From a virus (Duplodnaviria; Caudoviricetes): a stretch of 63,364 nt of DNA. The notes beneath the pieces were generated by a model. The model did no database searches. It saw only the letters and a list, made by a program, of their open reading frames with translations, and was not told the origin of the DNA. A program made the translations under genes and the position numbers. This document shows positions 57,842 through 63,364 of this stretch, one piece after another (the first letter of the stretch is position 1; the number at the start of each line of letters is the position of its first letter). The stretch is taken from positions 1-63,364 of the IMG/VR virus record IMGVR_UViG_3300020581_000085. One strand, written 5' to 3'.

Positions 57842-58111
57842 ATGGATATGGAGTTGATGCAAGCTATATCGCGTGTCCGGCGGTCTACGACGAACCGGGA
57901 TGTTCTGTTTGTTTGCGATGAGTGTGAGAGGTTGCTGTCTCGTAGCTCAGTGGTAGAGCAGGGCGCTGTTAACGCTCAGGTCGCAGGTTCGATGCCTACC
58001 GTGACAGTCAGGGCTAAGTTGAGCCGAGCGGAGATACAGAAGAACTATCGGGTGAGGAAGAAGGCTGAGGCTTCAGAAGCGAGGAAACGGCGTATGACGA
58101 ACCAGAACTAG
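57842..58111 (+). CDS. Small basic hypothetical protein containing a tRNA-like segment
   Basis: Basic C-terminal helix 'SRAEIQKNYRVRKK'. Confidence 0.55.
   Translation: MDMELMQAISRVRRSTTNRDVLFVCDECERLLSRSSVVEQGAVNAQVAGSMPTVTVRAKLSRAEIQKNYRVRKKAEASEARKRRMTNQN
57936..58007 (+). tRNA. tRNA-Asn(GTT), possibly degenerate
   Basis: D arm TAGCTCAGTGGTAGAGC, anticodon stem GGGCG-CTGTTAA-CGCTC, T arm GCAGG-TTCGATG-CCTAC, acceptor TGTCTCG/CGTGACA, G73; two stem mismatches; followed by TCA not CCA. Confidence 0.7.
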
Positions 58112-58298
58112 AAACAGGACATGGACGAATGAGTGTACGCAGATGGCATAGGCAATCGAAGTGGCCGACGATCAAGGCATCGGCTCAGAAGGGCCAACCA
58201 GGAACACCCATGCGTCGGATCGAGATGCGGGCGTATCCTACCACAAAGGGATTTCGGCTTCGAGGTTTTCATCCAACCAAGGGATGGAGAATGTTCGC

Positions 58299-58481
58299 AT
58301 GAATCGCCCCGGCCGTCCTCGTCGTATCGATCCGACGCCGTGGGAAAAGTTAGGATATTCGCGTCGCACATATTATCGACGCAAGAAACTTGGTCTGTTT
58401 CCAAAGATACAGAAGTTCTGGTCTCCGATGAATTGCGAGTCTGCCCCGCAAATCCAGCCCAATGGCACGGTGAAGATATGA
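58299..58481 (+). CDS. Small HTH-like DNA-binding protein
   Basis: 'GRPR...PWEKLGYSRRTYYRR'. Confidence 0.6.
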   Translation: MNRPGRPRRIDPTPWEKLGYSRRTYYRRKKLGLFPKIQKFWSPMNCESAPQIQPNGTVKI

Positions 58482-58717
58482 ACTGGTATGATTATCTCGG
58501 GTTAGCAGGGTTTGTGGTGGAGAGTTCGGTCATACTCGGGTTTGCATTTCGGAGGATGGGGTGATTGCCCTCGCCTGTATCCTTGCGTTCTTTCTGGGGA
58601 TGGCATTCCGTCAATGGCTCACGTGGCTAGATTATCCTCATATAACGCCGTGGGGAGAATCTACCCAGATGTGGTCACAGACCGATTGGGATTGGTACCG
58701 GGAAACAGGAGGCCGGC

Positions 58718-60751
58718 ATGTACGGCGGGATGATCCATAGGAGATTTCTGACGATAGCCTCGCTGTTGTCGGTCGCGTTTCTCGTCATGTGTTACTTTCT
58801 CTCCCAAGCATTGGCGGCTGACATGAAGATACCGCCGAAGGAAAATCCTGCCGTCAGGGCATGGATATGCGGATACTCGGCCGGGTTCGAGGACGGTATC
58901 CGAAAGCTGGACGATCCCCGTCAACCGGAGTCACCGCAATGCGAGAAGTACAAGGCCCAGGCAAAGTCGGGCGCACGGTAGGGTTCGCCGACGTCATCAT
59001 TATCAACTCCGCACTGATCGTCTGCATCGCGATTGTTGTCCTGAAATGCCTTGGCGTCGTCTGATAGGGAAGTGGATCGATAAATTGTCCCTGCCATCCA
59101 AAGCATATAGCGGAATGCCGGAGTGCCCGTTCGCCAGGATGGCGGACATCAGGTTTCATATAGCCAGAACCGAACTTCTTCTGACCTCGCTTCGTCTGTC
59201 CAGGGACCTCAAGCCAAAGCAGGTTATCGTTCTAAACTTCGATCCAGATAAATTCTCCCTTGGCCGTGTTGAGGATGACGTCGACCGCCTTAACCTGCTT
59301 CTCAGATCGAAGGACAGGATCATCCTGTTCACCCATCCCGATAGTGACGAACCTTCCCATCCGGAACTTGGGATAGTGTTCATCCAGCACAGGTCGGACA
59401 TGATATCCTCGGTAAATATCCTTCGCCGGACCTCGTATTACGATAGCAAGTCTTTGCCGGAGTGGTACGAATGACCGAAGTCGTATCGATCGTCAGGAAG
59501 AAAACGGTAGACGAGGAGATCAAGTCTCGCGTCATCGAGATGCTGAAGACCACTTTGGCGGAGGCGGAAGCTGGAGATATCGGAGCGATTTTTATGATCG
59601 TGGAACGCCCCGACGAAATGTGGACCGAGCGTTGGGACGGTACGGCCAAGCTATCCGAGATGATCGGTCGTATAGAGATCATCAAGCACAAGATTATCCA
59701 TCAATATTTCGAATCCGAGGGGGAGTTATGACCGAACTCTCACGTCGCTCCCTGATCACCGGCCTAGTATCGCTTGTCGCCGCTCCTGCGATTGTCCGTG
59801 CCACGTCGCTAATGCCGGTGAAGACGATTGATCCTGAGTTGGTATATTTCGAGTGGGCTGGGAACTCGATTCGTGCTGAGGCTCACATTGTTGAATTGCT
59901 CAAGCGGCGTATTGCGAATGCCGAGCGAGTGATGATCGAGAATATTAATACCTGTATATTTGGCGGTCGTGTCTACGGAATATCTGGATCGTCAAATTAT
60001 ATATACTATAGCGATCCTCTTGGTTCGGTATCATGACCGAACCTCCATATGGATACCGTGAATTCAACGGAGGGATGGTTCCTAACGAACTGGAGCAAAG
60101 CACGCTGTTCTGGATCAAGTCAGTCAGGAATAAGTTTCCATCCGACAAAGCATTGGCCGATGCTCTTAACCAGATGACGATGTTGCGTAGGGGGGAGAAT
60201 TGGACAGCGGAGAGTATCGCCGAGGTCACCAGGATAAATCGTCCATGACATTCCCTTCCAGTCCATACAAGTTCAATTCATTCGAGGACGCCCTTGATGA
60301 TTTGATCGAGGACTGGGCCGGAGAGGAAAGCGAGCAGGAAATCGTCAACGCGATGCAGGCCAAGATCGAGGAAATGCAGATGGTGCCTGAAACCAAGGTA
60401 TCGGAGGAAAAGCCAAATGCCGAAGAAGAAGATCAAGGGTAGTGTCACCACAGCGACGAAGAGACTTGCGTCCTACGGTGAGCAGCCGCGCTCTCCATAC
60501 GCTCCCAGCAAGATCCGCGCGCCACTCAAGGGGAAGAAGAAGTAATGCCGCTTACTCCTGATGAATTTGAATCTGCGGTCAACGGAACTTGCAAGCACTG
60601 CGCTTCAGGTAATGAGCCAAGGTGGCGGCCGGAGACCTCGGAATACTGCCACGACTTCGTTGTGGATCGCGGGACTTCAAAAGTTCAATCACACTCATTC
60701 TGTCTCGCCACCGGCTTGAGGAAATTCTACCAGAAGCAGAACAATGAGTAG
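58718..60751 (+). other. Run of small accessory genes (58718-58981, 59046-59474, 59471-59731, 59728-60036, 60033-60248, 60245-60442, 60545-60751)
   Basis: ATGA-coupled ORFs; 59728 starts with a Tat-like 'SRRSLI' motif; 59046 has 'CPFA...HP' DUF1415-like motifs. Confidence 0.55.
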
Positions 60752-60909
60752 CTTCTTCGGAGAATCCCTTATTGTCACTAAGCTACCAGATGGTGGCTAC
60801 GTCGTGTCAGACGTTCCTCAGTACAATGGTATAACCACTTTCCTATACGCCGCCTCGTCTATCACCGAAGTGCTGAATTACGTCCGACAGAAAATGGAAG
60901 AAAAAAATA

Positions 60910-62307
60910 ATGGGTGATCGAAAGGCCGCGATACTCCAGTTCAATTCGGCGATCTCTCCATCTCAGGCTGCTAGAGAAGGCAGGGCTGACTGGCAACTTC
61001 CCTATCAGTTCTATTCCTCAGCCTGCATGAACGATGACACGATGTCATTAGCCTGGCATGAGTTGGGTAACACCCTTTGCGACATGAGCCTCACGCCGGC
61101 CGCGCTCGCCGCCCATCGCATAGCCGTTGAATGTCCGGATGGAGAATTACCGGGAGATATCCGCGCGAAGGATCGCGGCAAGTCCATGGTGCAGATCGCG
61201 TATCGCCTCAACACGATGGGAAGGCTCGAAGAAGCCGACGAGGCTATTGAGAAGGCATTGAACATGGATGGTACCGCGCAAGCATGGCTTGTCCGGTCGC
61301 TGATATCATCCGCTAAATGCAATCATGCCGATGCCGTGGTAGCCGGACGCCGCGCTCTTGACCTTGAACCAGATAATGCCACGATCGAAACCGCTCTCGG
61401 TCTCACCCTCATGTTCAAGGGGGATCTATCGAAAGGTCTAAAGCATTTCGATGCTAGGTTCCGGTATAAACTTAAGCATTTCCTGACATTCCCTTATCCT
61501 CAATGGCACGGTGAACAAGGTAAGACCGTTTTTCTGGTCGCCGACCAGGGTCTAGGCGATACGATATCATTCGCCAGATTTCTCCCCGAGTCTGCCAAGC
61601 GATGCAAGTTCATGTATGTCGGAGCTCAGAAAGAGCTTGTCAGGCTGTTCAAGGCTTCGTTCCAGCACATACCCAATATCGAGATCATCCCGCCGATGGC
61701 AACCGGATGGCCGCCGTGCGAATCGTGGACTACGTTCGTTAGCCTGCCTACCGCGCTAGGTCTCAACGATCATGAGATCAAGGAAACACGCGGTATTGCT
61801 ATTCCACAGTTCACAGTGCCGATGTCTTGGAAGTCCCCGGATCGCAAGTATCATATCGGTGTCGCTTGGTCTGGTTCTCCTATTGGAGATATCAACCACC
61901 ATAAATCCTTTCCGGTTGAGAACCTGCTGCGGCTGTATGAAATCCCAGGTGTTCAACTGTACTCATTGCAGATCGACGCCAAATCTGCGGACCTTCACGC
62001 CGCCGGGTGCGCCGCGCTCATCCGAGACCTAAGTCCTTTCGTAAATGACGTGGCGGACACCACGGCAATCATTAGGAATCTCGACCTGATAGTCACCGTC
62101 GAGAGCGCGTTGGGGCATGTCGCCGGGGCATGCGGTAAGCGAACGATCATTCCGTATAGCGCAAATGGCCACGACTACCGTTTGGGTCGTGATGGCGAGA
62201 ACATTATCTGGTACCCGCGGCACAGCATCGTGAAACAAAAAAGGTATGAACCTTGGTCGCTCACGTTTGACAGAGTAGTAGAGGCGGTGAGGGGGGAGTT
62301 GAGGTGA
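60910..62307 (+). CDS. TPR repeat plus GT-B (GT9-like) glycosyltransferase
   Basis: N-terminal TPR-like helices; 'W.GE..K...L..DQGLGDTI.FARF', 'IGVAWSG', 'YSLQ', 'DTTAII.NLDLIVTVES..GH.AGA', 'WYP'. Confidence 0.85.
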   Translation: MGDRKAAILQFNSAISPSQAAREGRADWQLPYQFYSSACMNDDTMSLAWHELGNTLCDMSLTPAALAAHRIAVECPDGELPGDIRAKDRGKSMVQIAYRLNTMGRLEEADEAIEKALNMDGTAQAWLVRSLISSAKCNHADAVVAGRRALDLEPDNATIETALGLTLMFKGDLSKGLKHFDARFRYKLKHFLTFPYPQWHGEQGKTVFLVADQGLGDTISFARFLPESAKRCKFMYVGAQKELVRLFKASFQHIPNIEIIPPMATGWPPCESWTTFVSLPTALGLNDHEIKETRGIAIPQFTVPMSWKSPDRKYHIGVAWSGSPIGDINHHKSFPVENLLRLYEIPGVQLYSLQIDAKSADLHAAGCAALIRDLSPFVNDVADTTAIIRNLDLIVTVESALGHVAGACGKRTIIPYSANGHDYRLGRDGENIIWYPRHSIVKQKRYEPWSLTFDRVVEAVRGELR

Positions 62308-62524
62308 GTTTTAGAACTACCGTAGATTTTCAAGGTCGTGGATTAACAATCCAATGGCCAATGTCGGAGTCTATTATAGATATCTACGTCAGAACATTTA
62401 CCTGTAAGAGGTGGCCTGACCGATTATCTGACTGCAAGATTAACGGAAAGTTAGTTAGTCCAATCATTTACGCTATTTCCAAAGACAATCCTCCTAGCGC
62501 GAAGAATATTTCTAGGAAGAAGAA

Positions 62525-62854
62525 ATGAGTGCCCAAGACCTCCGACCGACCAAAGCAGATTTACAATTCTTCTCGGATCACCCAGACCGCAAGGCGCGTA
62601 TCCGCATAGTTGAGGATCGTGAGAACATTGGGGAGTTTTGGTCACTCGGGGCGCATGACGCATCTAGGCGACGTATGCTGTTATGGAGGGTACCAGACAG
62701 TCATCCTCTGAAGCGGGCGTACCCCTTCCTTAAAATACCTTTCCTGGCGTTTGCCGACGAATCGATTGAGGATACGGACAAGGTTCTTCTGCCGTTGATT
62801 GACCAAATCATGAATGACGCCAGATCCAAGCCGAGTATGAAAAATGGAAGATGA
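62525..62854 (+). CDS. Hypothetical protein
   Basis: Coupled ORF; 'D..FF..HPDRKARIR'. Confidence 0.6.
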   Translation: MSAQDLRPTKADLQFFSDHPDRKARIRIVEDRENIGEFWSLGAHDASRRRMLLWRVPDSHPLKRAYPFLKIPFLAFADESIEDTDKVLLPLIDQIMNDARSKPSMKNGR

Positions 62855-63068
62855 TATTACGTGGACGGAGGTACTTTCCTCTCGTGTCACCAAGGTTGGC
62901 TATTCTCCATCTTCTCAGCATTTGTATGTGGTTTGGGCACGAGGGGGTAAGACCAGCATGTATTCTGACGTACCTGCAGATATTGCCGATCAGTTTGCTA
63001 AGAGTTGGTCGGTCGGTAGCAGGGTCAACACGATGCTCAATGGCTATCCAATGGAATATGTCGCATGA
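62844..63068 (+). CDS. KTSC domain protein
   Basis: 'V.SS.V..VGY......L.V.W..G...Y.DVP......F..S.SVG...N'. Confidence 0.8.
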   Translation: MEDDITWTEVLSSRVTKVGYSPSSQHLYVVWARGGKTSMYSDVPADIADQFAKSWSVGSRVNTMLNGYPMEYVA

Positions 63069-63364
63069 CGCCACGCATTCTGATCGCTGGGACGAGTCAT
63101 GTTCATGACGAGTACACTAGAGAACTCTGCAAGCTATGGTATCGCGTTGTAAAGACGCTTAACCCTGAGGATGACTTCATTCTGATCGATTGCGGCAGCC
63201 CGTTTGATCCTCGTCAATTTCTGCCTGAGAAAACCGAAGTGTTCCGGTTCGAGGAGAACATCGGTGCCATCAACCGTGGTGGTAAGGATGGAGCAGGACG
63301 TGGTGTGTGTATGGCGGTGGAGTGGGCTATTAAAGGTGGATACGATTACGTATCCATCACCGAG
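63065..63364 (+). CDS. Putative GT-A fold (GT2-like) glycosyltransferase, 5' part; continues through the circular junction to 538
   Basis: ATG 63065 overlaps KTSC stop; reads MTPRILIAGTSHVHDEY...FILIDCGSP...EVFRFEENIG in frame with ORF 14..538; 'ILIDxGS', 'ENIG' and 'YDYVAITEAD' (DxD-like) match the GT2 layout. Confidence 0.7.
   Translation, partial: MTPRILIAGTSHVHDEYTRELCKLWYRVVKTLNPEDDFILIDCGSPFDPRQFLPEKTEVFRFEENIGAINRGGKDGAGRGVCMAVEWAIKGGYDYVSITE
63226..63364 (+). repeat. Terminal direct repeat, right copy
   Basis: Same 139 bp as 1-139 with 2 mismatches. Confidence 0.95.

Noticed and set aside
1-63364. CRISPR array, rRNA, IS elements, group I/II introns
   Set aside because: No regularly spaced repeats, transposase or interrupted core genes seen by eye; the HNH genes appear free-standing

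Overview
The window looks like a complete, circularly assembled ~63.2 kb tailed dsDNA phage genome. Bases 1-139 repeat at 63226-63364 with 2 mismatches, and a gene runs across the junction. A GcrA homolog, a rhizobial-type integrase and an 'AADL' outer-membrane protein point to an alphaproteobacterial, probably rhizobial, host. The lack of a tape measure or sheath gene, plus adaptor/nozzle and ejection-type genes, suggests a podovirus-like virion. Layout: (i) a sugar-synthesis/glycosyltransferase cluster at 60.9 kb-3.3 kb leading into terL; (ii) portal, scaffold, capsid, duplicated adaptors, nozzle and internal proteins; (iii) five fibre/beta-propeller genes at 23.5-31.5 kb, all with signal-peptide-like N-termini; (iv) a leftward early arm with integrase, HNH, GcrA and SSAP; (v) a rightward arm with Cro-like, RusA, DnaB, MTase, ASCH and Lar genes; (vi) a leftward lysis block; (vii) small accessory genes. 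Best leads: two mirror-image ~500-nt structured non-coding loci (41.9-42.35 kb +, 56.0-56.55 kb -), each overlapped at its 5' end by a predicted ~90-nt counter-transcript, an arrangement like ColE1 RNA II/RNA I; apparently exported tail-appendage proteins, one ending in an ssrA-like tag; an N-acetyl-aminosugar glycosylation pathway; a tRNA-Asn embedded in a CDS; and an ATT-initiated structural gene. All calls come from reading the sequence by eye; no searches or folding programs were run.
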